Shown here: positions 18,316 to 27,353 of the stretch, piece after piece
How the letters are laid out: each line of letters opens with the position of its first letter
How positions within the stretch are numbered: the first letter of the stretch is position 1
NCBI GenBank assembly: GCA_016193335.1
Contig: JACPSK010000001.1
Span: 585,440 to 649,439, forward strand
Direction: 5' to 3'
DNA length: 64,000 nucleotides
Origin: Candidatus Magasanikiibacteriota bacterium
GTDB lineage: Bacteria > Patescibacteriota > Patescibacteriia > Magasanikbacterales > UBA922
The notes under the pieces: generated by a model
What the model saw: only the letters and a program-made list of their open reading frames with translations
Told to the model about the DNA's origin: nothing
Databases searched by the model: none
Position numbers and translations under genes: made by a program

Positions 18316-20001
18316 ATGGATAATATTTTTTTACAAATTAGCATCTTGCTCGCGCTCACCGTGAGTATAGCTTTTGTGGTGCGTCTTTTGAAACAACCGC
18401 TGATTATCGCTTACATTGTGGCGGGGGTGATAGCAGGGCCCGTCTTTTTAAATACCCAAGGAGCGGGTCTTTTTGACGCCTTTGCACAGTTTGGTTTGAT
18501 TCTTTTGTTGTTTGTAGTTGGTTTGAGTCTGAATTTTGACTATATAAAACGCGTTGGCAGAGTGGTGTTCGTAGCAGGGACCATACAATTCATAATCACT
18601 GCCGGTGTTGGTTTTTTCGTCATGAAAGTTTTGGGTTTTGGCCTTGCTTCTTCATTATTCGTGGCAGTCGCCCTTACATTTTCCAGTACTATCATTGTCG
18701 TCAAACTGCTTTCTGACAAAAAAGATCTCGAGACCGTGTATGGCCGATTCGTGATAGGGCTTCTTCTGGTGCAGGATGTGATCGCTATCATTATCATGAT
18801 TTTTTTGAATACCTCGAACACTCTTCAGGGTGTCTGGTATTATTCTCTATTCAGCACTCTTGGGAAGGTTTTTTTGCTTGTGGGTCTTGTTTTTCTTATG
18901 TCCCGTTACGTGCTGACCGTGATAATGGACAGAATAGCCGAGTCCTCTGAATTGTTGTTCATTTTTACCATTGCTTGGTGTTTTGGCGTGGCGAGTTTGG
19001 TCTATTGGTCTGGTTTCAGCATGGAAATAGGCGCTGTGGTGGCCGGCATATCCTTGGGGGCTTCTCCATATCAAAGACAGATAAGCAGTAGAATCCGTCC
19101 TCTGAGGGATTTTTTTATTGTGCTGTTTTTTATTGTTTTGGGCAGTGAGCTTCAGATTGGAAATCTCGGGCCGGCCCTTATTCCGGGTTTGGTACTTTCA
19201 ATTTTTGTTTTGATTGCTGATCCTTTGATTTTGTATGCGGTCATGCGCAAGATGAGATATACCAGACGCAATGCTTTTTTGGCGGGTATCACTGCCGCTC
19301 AAATCAGCGAATTCGGTTTTATATTGGCGTTTAAAGGTAAAGAACTTGGTTATTTGCAGGATGTAGAGTTTGCCATACTGACCATTGTGGCTCTCGTTAC
19401 TTTCGTAGTTTCTTCATATCTCATTGAATATAATGAGCGGATATACCGTTGGCTTTTGCCGTTTTTTCATATTTTTGGCAAGGATAAAGAGCAACAGAAA
19501 GATTCGCGCGGGGAAACGTATCCGGTATGGGTTTTTGGTTATCATCGCATAGGCTGGAAGATTTGCGAGGCTTTGAAAGAAAAAAATATACCGTTTGCCG
19601 TTGTTGATTTTAATCCTGAGATTATTTCGAGATTGCGAAGCAGAAATTTGCCGGCCTATTATGGCGATGCCGCGGATGTGGAGTTTTTGGACACTTTGCC
19701 TTTGACAAAAGCAGATCTGGTAATATCCACCATTCCGGAAGCAGATGATCAAATTACGCTTGTAAGTCATTTACGTTCTTTGTCCAGAAAACCTCGGATA
19801 ATAACGAATCTGTATCATGCTCGTCATTTGGAAGATTTGTACAGAGCAGGGGCTGATTATGTGATTATGCCGCATTTGCTGGGTGGAACCTGGATGTCGC
19901 AGATTTTGAAAGAAAAACCCTGGACTGCTTATACATTTAAAAAACTCAGAAAAGAACAGAAAGAGGAAATGAAATTGCGTTTTACGGTGGGCGTCCAGTA
20001 G
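18316..20001 (+). CDS. Monovalent cation:proton antiporter (CPA2, Kef-type) with a C-terminal TrkA-N/RCK domain
   Basis: 12-13 TM helices followed by a Rossmann-type domain (VWVFGYHRIGWKICEALKEKNIPFAVVDFN...YYGDAADVEFL). Confidence 0.85.
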   Translation: MDNIFLQISILLALTVSIAFVVRLLKQPLIIAYIVAGVIAGPVFLNTQGAGLFDAFAQFGLILLLFVVGLSLNFDYIKRVGRVVFVAGTIQFIITAGVGFFVMKVLGFGLASSLFVAVALTFSSTIIVVKLLSDKKDLETVYGRFVIGLLLVQDVIAIIIMIFLNTSNTLQGVWYYSLFSTLGKVFLLVGLVFLMSRYVLTVIMDRIAESSELLFIFTIAWCFGVASLVYWSGFSMEIGAVVAGISLGASPYQRQISSRIRPLRDFFIVLFFIVLGSELQIGNLGPALIPGLVLSIFVLIADPLILYAVMRKMRYTRRNAFLAGITAAQISEFGFILAFKGKELGYLQDVEFAILTIVALVTFVVSSYLIEYNERIYRWLLPFFHIFGKDKEQQKDSRGETYPVWVFGYHRIGWKICEALKEKNIPFAVVDFNPEIISRLRSRNLPAYYGDAADVEFLDTLPLTKADLVISTIPEADDQITLVSHLRSLSRKPRIITNLYHARHLEDLYRAGADYVIMPHLLGGTWMSQILKEKPWTAYTFKKLRKEQKEEMKLRFTVGVQ

Positions 20002-20149
20002 TTTTTTGTTCTGCGTTTCTTCTTTGTCGTACTTTTTAGCTCCTGTTTTTGGTTGACAGGAGATAGAGCCTTTGTTATACTTTTTCCACTTTCAGGAGTC
20101 TTTTTTCGTTTAGAGGAATGCTTTCTGAATTCTGGTTAATACACAATAC

Positions 20150-20225
20150 GGGCCAGTAGCTCAATTGGTAGAGCGCCTCGTTTGCACCGAGGAGGTAGCG
20201 GGTTCAAATCCTGTCTGGTCCACCA
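20150..20225 (+). tRNA. tRNA-Ala (TGC), CCA encoded
   Basis: Cloverleaf with anticodon loop TTTGCAC, the G3:U70 alanine identity pair, T-loop TTCAAAT and a 3' CCA. Confidence 0.85.
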
Positions 20226-20374
20226 GCCTTCGACAAGGCTTCGGCTGGCACAGCCAGCGAAAAGGTTTGGCGAAGGATCTCCTTCTTCGCTGAAGCTGCG
20301 AAGGGCAGTACAAAACAGATCATATTGTTGCGGTTCGGCAACGCCGTCTCTCGCAGCGCGCCACAATTTAACGA

Positions 20375-20446
<72 letters not shown>

Positions 20447-20521
20447 CATCTTCGTTCCGACAGTAGCCGGAACTTCAAAGTGTGGGCACGACGCTTGCGC
20501 TGTGAAGCTTTAGCGAAGCAG

Positions 20522-20598
20522 CGGGGTGTAGCTCAGTTGGCTAGAGCGCGTGGTTTGGGACCATGAGGCCGTAGGTTCAAGTCCTATCACCCCGACCA
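20522..20598 (+). tRNA. tRNA-Pro (TGG), CCA encoded
   Basis: Acceptor CGGGGTG/CACCCCG, anticodon loop TTTGGGA with G37, T-loop TTCAAGT, 3' ACCA. Confidence 0.85.
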
Positions 20599-20636
20599 AG
20601 TTAGACCATGAATTGTGTGATAAAAGTAGAAACAGA

Positions 20637-20661
20637 AAAGCGCCCAAAAGAGGCGCTTTTC
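20637..20661 (+). terminator. Terminator after the tRNA Ala-Phe-Pro operon
   Basis: AAAAGCGCCCAAAAGAGGCGCTTTT. Confidence 0.6.
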
Positions 20662-20825
20662 ATATTGCCATACAGTATAAGTAGTTAACTTAAAACTGTA
20701 CCATACAGTATAAAAGATTCCTGGGAAATGTCAAATTGTTGGGTTGTGGATTGTGGTTTCAATTAGTTTTGTCCATTAAATAAAAATCCTGTCAGATAGA
20801 CGGGATTTTTGATGATTCTCTAGAG

Positions 20826-20902
20826 TGGAGCGGTAGACCGGATTCGAACCGGCGACCTCCTCCTTGGCAAGGAGGCGTTCTAGCCAACTGAACTACTACC
20901 GC
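20826..20902 (-). tRNA. tRNA-Gly (GCC), CCA encoded
   Basis: The reverse complement GCGGTAGTAGTTCAGTTGGCTAGAACGCCTCCTTGCCAAGGAGGAGGTCGCCGGTTCGAATCCGGTCTACCGCTCCA is a canonical tRNA-Gly. Confidence 0.85.
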
Positions 20903-20981
20903 GTGTATCAACAATTTATGACTCACTTTTGACCGTTAAATTGTCTCAGTGAGCTATTATTAATTGTAAATTGCTGTCTTG

Positions 20982-21054
20982 TTGCGGGACCCGGATTCGA
21001 ACCGGGAACCTTCGGGTTATGGGCCCGACGAGCTGCCAATTGCTCTATCCCGCT
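20982..21054 (-). tRNA. Initiator tRNA-fMet (CAT)
   Basis: The reverse complement has the anticodon stem TCGGG/CCCGA with three consecutive G:C pairs, a CAT anticodon, an unpaired 1:72 position (A1/A72), and an anticodon arm nearly identical to E. coli tRNA-fMet (CTCGTCGGGC.CATAACCCGAAGGT). Confidence 0.75.
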
Positions 21055-21322
21055 ATGGGAGTACGGATAGTACGGATGATACAAGATCTACGGATAATTT
21101 AGAACATAAATTTATGCACATGGGATATGATAACATGTGCATCATTATATTTCAAGTGTCTGTATAGGGCGCAGATCCAAGCTGTTATTGACGAATGGGC
21201 TGTTTTCTGGTTAGATAAAAAATATCCATCGCGGAAGCACATCGGGGCGGAATCAAAACAACCCAATAGATGGGTTGTTTTGATTCTTATCTGTCGTCTG
21301 AGTATAGATCAATGTATGGAGT

Positions 21323-21733
21323 TCATAGCATAGTGTCCAGTTTTAGTTTGGTTTTGACCAACAACATGATGTATGCGTCCAATCCCTTTTTGGTTTTTTC
21401 CTCCAAAGACGCGAAATGCTCGTCCGTACCTGTATCGAGAATCAGTCTCATTTCATTCAGATCCTGTTCCACGGCTTGTTTTGAAAGTCTAAGTTCGTCA
21501 GGAACACGCGCCCACCAATTTCCAAGTTCCGCTTTCTGAGGATGAGTAAGTACCCGGGGCATCATTTCTCTGATAAAGTTATCTGCCGCTTCTGTCGTAA
21601 GATTTATTTGCGCTTGGATATAATCTATTTTGTATTCTTGGGTTTGCGGTTTGCTGGGAAGACCTGCAAGAGAAAATTTGCTTTTATAACTCAATTCACC
21701 CACTTTTTTATTTTTTTCCTCATTTTTTGCCAA
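21323..21733 (-). CDS. Hypothetical protein
   Basis: 136-aa ORF with Lys/Glu-rich hydrophilic composition and no recognisable domain. Confidence 0.4.
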   Translation of the reverse strand: MAKNEEKNKKVGELSYKSKFSLAGLPSKPQTQEYKIDYIQAQINLTTEAADNFIREMMPRVLTHPQKAELGNWWARVPDELRLSKQAVEQDLNEMRLILDTGTDEHFASLEEKTKKGLDAYIMLLVKTKLKLDTML

Positions 21734-22004
21734 TACTGTACCTGAGATCGGAACGGTTTTTTTTTACGAGACTGACGGCTGTCTGGCCTGGCGTTAGTGC
21801 CGGCCGCGCGTATCCGATGTCGTATGCGTATATATTCTCTGAATCGGTTTCAGGAATGATTGATTTGTCGATCTGTATGCTCGTATCGGCGGTATCTTTG
21901 CCCGAGTAAGAAATTTTATCCGCGCATCCTTGGCCCGTGAATATCAGAGCCGCGGAAAACATTAAAAGCGTATACAATGCTTTGCGTTTTGTCGTTTGGT
22001 TCAT
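21720..22004 (-). CDS. Hypothetical small lipoprotein/secreted protein
   Basis: Signal peptide with a lipobox-like LIFTGQGC. 94 aa. Confidence 0.4.
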   Translation of the reverse strand: MNQTTKRKALYTLLMFSAALIFTGQGCADKISYSGKDTADTSIQIDKSIIPETDSENIYAYDIGYARPALTPGQTAVSLVKKNRSDLRYSIGKK

Positions 22005-22355
22005 ATGTTTTAAGATTAAAAATAAAATATATAAATAAGAAATGGCCGTCTATTTCGTGTTCATTTTTTTAAAATAAGCTTTGGCTCAGTAAAAGCGCGG
22101 CCTCTATTTATAGATGACGCAGAAGAGTTTGTTTTCTTACAAGACAGAGATCCATAGGATAAACTTCGTCCTTACTACGCTTGGCGATTTTGAATAGAGA
22201 TCGGAGCGTTTGTATGTAAAATTTTTGTGCGTTTACATATTGGCTAAGCTCGAAGAAGGGAGACCTATCTGTTGTTTGTTGAACGACTTTGAGAACTGGC
22301 GCAGAAACCCTTTTACAAAAAAATCGCCCATGGAAGCGATTTTTTTAGAAAAAAT

Positions 22356-22430
22356 TGGAGCGAGCGACCGGAATCGAACCGGCGTCATCGGTTTGGAAAA
22401 CCGAGATAATAACCATTATACGACGCTCGC
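22356..22430 (-). tRNA. tRNA-Gly (TCC), CCA encoded
   Basis: The reverse complement GCGAGCG...TCGGTTTTCCAAACCGA...GCCGGTTCGATTCCGGTCGCTCGCTCCA has anticodon loop TTTCCAA and T-loop TTCGATT. The D-arm is irregular. Confidence 0.65.
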
Positions 22431-22697
22431 ATTGGTTTTATTTACTAGAGTCCCGGCTCTAGTAAAATGTTCCCGAATATGTATAGTTTTTAGCGTTTGT
22501 CTATATATTCAGCTTCTGAGTTCAGATTTAGCCAGAACCAGGAGATTTCCTCGTTTTGTGCTAGTACTTGCCTATGTATCCTCTCTCGACTTTCGGCGAA
22601 AATTGATTCTCAAAAAATTTTGGAAAATATGAAGTGAGTGTCAGTTTACTTAAATCAGCCTGCCTTGTCAATGTCGGCGGGGAATAGGTTTTTGTTT

Positions 22698-23099
22698 TTA
22701 ATGAAAAAGAGTTTTATCATTGATCGCCAAGATTGTAAAAATTACTCCACTGACTATGATAGCTTCCCAAAGCCATCCCGCTCCTATGGCTGTACCAATA
22801 GCGGCTATAACCCAGAGACCTGCCGCAGTGGTGAGGCCTTCTACGGCATTGCGTTTGTGCAGAATCATCCCGGCGCCTATAAAACCTATTCCTGTTATGA
22901 TTTGCGCGGCCATTCGGCTTGTTTCTCCCTCGCCAAAGGCTTGCATGGATAATATGGTAAACAAGGCAGAGCCAACGCAGACAAGGGCATAGGTTCTCGG
23001 CCCGGCGGCTTTGCCGATATGCTCTCGTTGCCATCCGACCGTTCCTCCCAAAATAACCGCGAGAAAAATTTGCAGAATAAAATAAAGATAATGTTCCAT
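22698..23099 (-). CDS. MgtC/SapB family membrane protein
   Basis: 133 aa with a conserved MgtC N-terminal block (GGTVGWQREHIGKAAGPRTYALVCVGSALFT). Confidence 0.8.
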   Translation of the reverse strand: MEHYLYFILQIFLAVILGGTVGWQREHIGKAAGPRTYALVCVGSALFTILSMQAFGEGETSRMAAQIITGIGFIGAGMILHKRNAVEGLTTAAGLWVIAAIGTAIGAGWLWEAIIVSGVIFTILAINDKTLFH

Positions 23100-23116
23100 A
23101 TATTGGCTATTGATTA

Positions 23117-24163
23117 TTGATGGCTTTTATTATAGCATGCAGTCGTCTGTCACGAAATATGCAACAGATACAACACATACGGGAAAATAAAGAATATTTG
23201 CTCTTACGTTCGCGTATTCTTTCAGTTATGCGGGATTTTTTTAATCAAAGAAGATATATTGAAGCTGATGTGCCCGTGGCGCTTGCCTTCCCCGGCCAGG
23301 AGCCATATCTTAACCCGATGCCGCTTGTGATTCATGATGAGAAAGGCGAAAGCCACCGGATGTATCTGCACACTTCTCCGGAGTATACATTAAAGAAAAT
23401 GTTGGCAGCCGGTTTTGAACGTGTTTTTTCCATAACGAAATGCTTTAGAGACTATGAGAGCTTCGGAGGTAATCATAACCCGGAATTTACTATGCTTGAA
23501 TGGTACTCGGTGAAGACAGATATGTTTGGACTTATGGATGAAATGGATGCTCTTTTTGGCTATCTCAAGGAAAAACTTGGGAATGAATTAAAGGGCTCTC
23601 TGTCTATTGCCAAAAGAATTCGGATGCGGGATCTTTGGTTTGAAATTATAGGTGTTGATTTGGACGATTACTTAGAATCTGGATCGCTTTTTGATCTTTG
23701 CCGTGATTTTGGCTTTAATCCTTCTCAAGAGGAAAGTTATGAAGATTTGTTTTACAGGATTTTTCTTAACAAAATTGAGCCGCTTCTTAAAAATATGGGG
23801 ACTGTTTTTGTTCATCATTATCCAGTACAAATGGCCGCTTTATCCAAAATTTCTATGAATGATCCGCGCTACGCCGAGCGGGTGGAGGTCTATCTTGAGG
23901 GCACCGAGCTTGCCAATGGATTTTCAGAGTTGACTGATTCCAAAGAACAATTGCGGCGTTTGGAAGCCGAGAAGGAAAGACGGAAAGAAATGAACAAAGA
24001 AACGTATGATATTGACCGAGAGTTTGTGGAAGCAGTGGGTTTGATGCCTGAATCTGCCGGCATTGCCCTTGGTGTAGATCGTCTCGTGCAGTATTGCGCG
24101 GCTTGTAAAGACATAGATAATGTGTTAGTCTTACCAATGTCAAAATTAACTTCTGGACTTTAA
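23117..24163 (+). CDS. epmA: Elongation factor P--(R)-beta-lysine ligase (EpmA/GenX/PoxA; LysRS class II paralog lacking the anticodon-binding domain). The start may be the internal MQQIQ.
   Basis: Class II aaRS core motifs (FTMLEWY, motif 3 GIALGVDRLV) without an N-terminal OB domain. Directly upstream of efp. Confidence 0.8.
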   Translation: MMAFIIACSRLSRNMQQIQHIRENKEYLLLRSRILSVMRDFFNQRRYIEADVPVALAFPGQEPYLNPMPLVIHDEKGESHRMYLHTSPEYTLKKMLAAGFERVFSITKCFRDYESFGGNHNPEFTMLEWYSVKTDMFGLMDEMDALFGYLKEKLGNELKGSLSIAKRIRMRDLWFEIIGVDLDDYLESGSLFDLCRDFGFNPSQEESYEDLFYRIFLNKIEPLLKNMGTVFVHHYPVQMAALSKISMNDPRYAERVEVYLEGTELANGFSELTDSKEQLRRLEAEKERRKEMNKETYDIDREFVEAVGLMPESAGIALGVDRLVQYCAACKDIDNVLVLPMSKLTSGL

Positions 24164-24172
24164 TGTTCTCAT

Positions 24173-24739
24173 ATGGGTGGTACCACGGACATAAAAAAAG
24201 GGGCCGTTATCAAACATCAAGGCGATCTGTATGTGGTGAGCAGTTTCCAATTTGTAAACCCGGGTAAAGGATCCGCTTTTACAAAGACAAAAATGAAAAG
24301 CATTTCTTCGGGGAAAACGATAGAAATAACGTATAAAAGCGGAGAGACTATTGATACGGTACAGGTTCAAAGACAGACCTTTCAGTATCTGTACAAGAGC
24401 GGCGGCACCTATTCTTTCATGGATAAAGATAGTTATGAAACTCTGGAAGTGAACGCGGAAATCTTGGGTGATGACGCTCAATTTTTGAAAGAAGGTTTGG
24501 ATGTGATTGGAATGCTCCATGATGGAAGCGTGGTATCGGTTCAGGTGCCTATAAAAATTCAATATATCGTGAAGGCGGCTCCGCCAGCGGTAAAGGGAGA
24601 TACAGCGAGCGGGAATGTAAGTAAAGAAGTGGAACTTGATAATGGTTTGAAAGTTCAGGTGCCTATTTTTATTAAAGAAGGCGAGAAGATTCTCGTGAAC
24701 ACTGAAGATGCTTCCTACGCAGGAAGAGTGACTGAATAA
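24173..24739 (+). CDS. efp: Translation elongation factor P
   Basis: 188 aa, with a conserved EF-P N-terminus and the modified-Lys loop region (VNPGKGSAFTKTKMK). Confidence 0.93.
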   Translation: MGGTTDIKKGAVIKHQGDLYVVSSFQFVNPGKGSAFTKTKMKSISSGKTIEITYKSGETIDTVQVQRQTFQYLYKSGGTYSFMDKDSYETLEVNAEILGDDAQFLKEGLDVIGMLHDGSVVSVQVPIKIQYIVKAAPPAVKGDTASGNVSKEVELDNGLKVQVPIFIKEGEKILVNTEDASYAGRVTE

Positions 24740-24749
24740 GGATTTATAA

Positions 24750-24785
24750 AGTCGTCCCGATACCCGGACGACTTTTGTTTTTTTG
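24750..24785 (+). terminator. Terminator after efp
   Basis: AGTCGTCCCGATACCCGGACGACTTTTGTTTTTTT. Confidence 0.65.
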
Positions 24786-25026
24786 GATTTCGGATGCAAG
24801 TTTGCAAATTTATCTGGAATACTTTTGCGATCAGCCCAAAGATATTAAATCTCCTTGAATTAAAGGATGTTCTTCTTCTCAACAGAACTCCCGAGGAACA
24901 CGCGTAAAATTCTGCTGGATTTTTACTCAGACTCGTCCCGTCCGTGACCTTTCGTAATTCAGGAAATATTTGGAGAATATTTCTGTATTGGCGAAGTCTG
25001 TGAAAGGTAGAATGTCTGGTCTGTAA

Positions 25027-27012
25027 TTACAGCAAGTTTTTCGTGTATTTTTCGATCCAAGGGGCTGAAATCTCCGCGGCATTGTATAATTCTTCGGCAG
25101 TTCCTGAAAGCTGGTATTGTTTGACTCCTAGTTTTTTGAAAGCCGTGATATGGATACCTTGCTCTGTCAGGTATGATCCCAGCGCGAATCCAAGCCCGGA
25201 GTTTACATTATGGTCTTCAACGCTTATCAGCCGTTTTGTTTTTTGGATCGAGTCAATAAGCGGTTTATCGAACTGTTTGATTGAACTTGTGATAAGTAAT
25301 TCTGCTTTTATGCCTTCTTTTTTCAGTGAGTCAGCGGCTTTCAGCGCTTCGTTGGCCACTCCGCCACAAGCGGCGATAGTAATATCTGTTCCTTTTCTAA
25401 GCACGTCGCAACGACCATAATAGTAGGTGTACTTTTCGTCAAAAAATGGAGAGCCGTCTTCCGCCGTCAGTACCGGTATTTTGTGTCTGCCCATCCGCAT
25501 ATAAAAATTGCCATAGTGAGCCGCAATATATCGAATCATTCGGTCGCAATGATTTGGATCGGCGGGTTCTATTTGCATGGTGTTGAACAGACCGAGCATT
25601 GAATTCATGTCATCTATGGCTTGGTGAGTGGGCCCGTCTTCACCGACTGAAAGACCACAGTGCGTGGCGACCATTTTTACGTTGGTATCATTTATGTCAT
25701 TTACGCGGACCTGGTCTTTTGCTCGGCTGGTCATAAAAGCGCCAAAAGTGGAGCAAAACGGGATCATACCGGAAAGCGAAAGACCCCCGGAGCAAGAAAG
25801 CATCTGCTGTTCGGCAATTCCCACTTCTATATGGCGTTCAGGTATTTGGTCTTTTACATAATCTGTTCTCACTGATCCGGCAAGATCGGCCGTGAGAGCG
25901 ATGATATTTTTATTGAGACGCGCGAGATCGAGCAGGGCTTTGCCATATGCGCTTCTGCAATCGGTAAGTTCTCCGGACTTGTATAAAATCGGCTTGCCGA
26001 TTTTTACCGGCATCGGAGAAAGGAGTCTGGGAAAAGAGGGTTTTTTTGGTTTCCACGTTATAGTTTTGCGAAAGGCTTGGAGTATTTTTTTTTCTTTAGA
26101 GTTTGGCTCCAGCGCAGAGAGGGTTTCTTTTGCTTCGTCGGATTTGGCGGCCTTTCCATGCCAGGTTGCTTTATGAAGCAATCCTTCTTTCTCCATGAAA
26201 TCGACACCTTTGCCCATGATCGTGTGCGCAAATAACAAAGTTGGTATTCCTTTTACATTGTGTGATTTTTTTAAAGCCTCCCATAAGGCGTGAAAATCAT
26301 GTCCATCCACGTCAATTACATTCCAGCCGCCGGCAGTAAAGATTGCTTTAGGATCAAAAGGCATTATTTGTTTCAGGCCATCGCTCAATTGGACTTTGTT
26401 GTAATCCATGAATGCGATGAGATTGTCCAGCTTGTATTTTGCGGCAAAATTCATCATTTCATATACTTGGCCTTCTTCAGATTCTCCGTCACCCAATAGA
26501 GCGTATACGTTTCGCGGTTTTCCTTTTCCGGGGACGAGCGGATTGACACTGGCGTTATATTTTTCAGCGAGCGCGAATCCTGTTGCCGCGGAAATTCCAC
26601 AGCCTAAGGGACCGGTGCCATACCATACACCGGGAACATGGCGGGTGACATGGCCTTCATAGGGCTGTCCGATTTTTCTGAATCCTTTGATAGCCGATTG
26701 TTTTGATGTGTATCCCATTTCCGCGAGCACGGAATACACTGCAGGCGAAATATGTCCATTTGAAACAATAACCGGTTCGCCGGTTTTTGTGATAATCTGC
26801 GTGTAGAGAAGCGCGAGATAATCAATGCAAGAGAGTGAGCCGCCGGGATGTCCGCTTTGCGCGTTTGTGGTCATGGCGAGGATAGAGTGGCGGCAAGATT
26901 TGCTGAAGGCGCGTAGCAGAGTAAGATCTTTGGATGAAAGTTTAGGTTTGTATTTCATATTTTTTCGCGTGCAACATATGGACTTTGATTTACTCTTGAC
27001 GGAAAGGATCAT
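25027..27012 (-). CDS. tkt: Transketolase
   Basis: 661 aa with the TPP-binding N-terminus (HPGGSLSCIDYLALLY, GHISPAVYSVLAEMGY), a Pyr domain and a C-terminal domain. Confidence 0.9.
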   Translation of the reverse strand: MILSVKSKSKSICCTRKNMKYKPKLSSKDLTLLRAFSKSCRHSILAMTTNAQSGHPGGSLSCIDYLALLYTQIITKTGEPVIVSNGHISPAVYSVLAEMGYTSKQSAIKGFRKIGQPYEGHVTRHVPGVWYGTGPLGCGISAATGFALAEKYNASVNPLVPGKGKPRNVYALLGDGESEEGQVYEMMNFAAKYKLDNLIAFMDYNKVQLSDGLKQIMPFDPKAIFTAGGWNVIDVDGHDFHALWEALKKSHNVKGIPTLLFAHTIMGKGVDFMEKEGLLHKATWHGKAAKSDEAKETLSALEPNSKEKKILQAFRKTITWKPKKPSFPRLLSPMPVKIGKPILYKSGELTDCRSAYGKALLDLARLNKNIIALTADLAGSVRTDYVKDQIPERHIEVGIAEQQMLSCSGGLSLSGMIPFCSTFGAFMTSRAKDQVRVNDINDTNVKMVATHCGLSVGEDGPTHQAIDDMNSMLGLFNTMQIEPADPNHCDRMIRYIAAHYGNFYMRMGRHKIPVLTAEDGSPFFDEKYTYYYGRCDVLRKGTDITIAACGGVANEALKAADSLKKEGIKAELLITSSIKQFDKPLIDSIQKTKRLISVEDHNVNSGLGFALGSYLTEQGIHITAFKKLGVKQYQLSGTAEELYNAAEISAPWIEKYTKNLL

Positions 27013-27050
27013 TTTATCTATCTTGTATAAAACGGACGGAGGACAAATTG

Positions 27051-27176
27051 ATGAAAAAGAGGGGAGAAGACTTTTTTGCGTGGTTGAGTTTTGTTTTGAT
27101 TTGTGCGGGATGCGTTACTTTGCTGTTCGTCTGGAAGCCTGCCCCGTCTTTCGTATCATACTATCTATATAATTAA
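27051..27176 (+). CDS. Possible 41-aa small membrane protein (below the ORF-track cutoff)
   Basis: ATG preceded by GGAGGACAAATTG. Translation MKKRGEDFFAWLSFVLICAGCVTLLFVWKPAPSFVSYYLYN has one TM helix. Confidence 0.25.
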   Translation: MKKRGEDFFAWLSFVLICAGCVTLLFVWKPAPSFVSYYLYN

Positions 27177-27353
27177 CAATCCCCGGAAGGGATTGTTTGT
27201 ATTGTAGCATATAACAGAGTGTTGGCAACTTTTTTGTTTGTCCGGTCTCAGCGGATCGTGGCAGGAGAACCTTGTGGCCGAGTTCTTCGATTTTTGGCTT
27301 TAGTATTCATGTGGTCTATGAATGAGAGAGAACCGCGGATAGTTGTGGCCATA

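Noticed and set aside
22210-22632. 140-aa plus ORF
   Set aside because: It overlaps the minus-strand tRNA-Gly(TCC) and AT-rich intergenic DNA, with no RBS and no domain.
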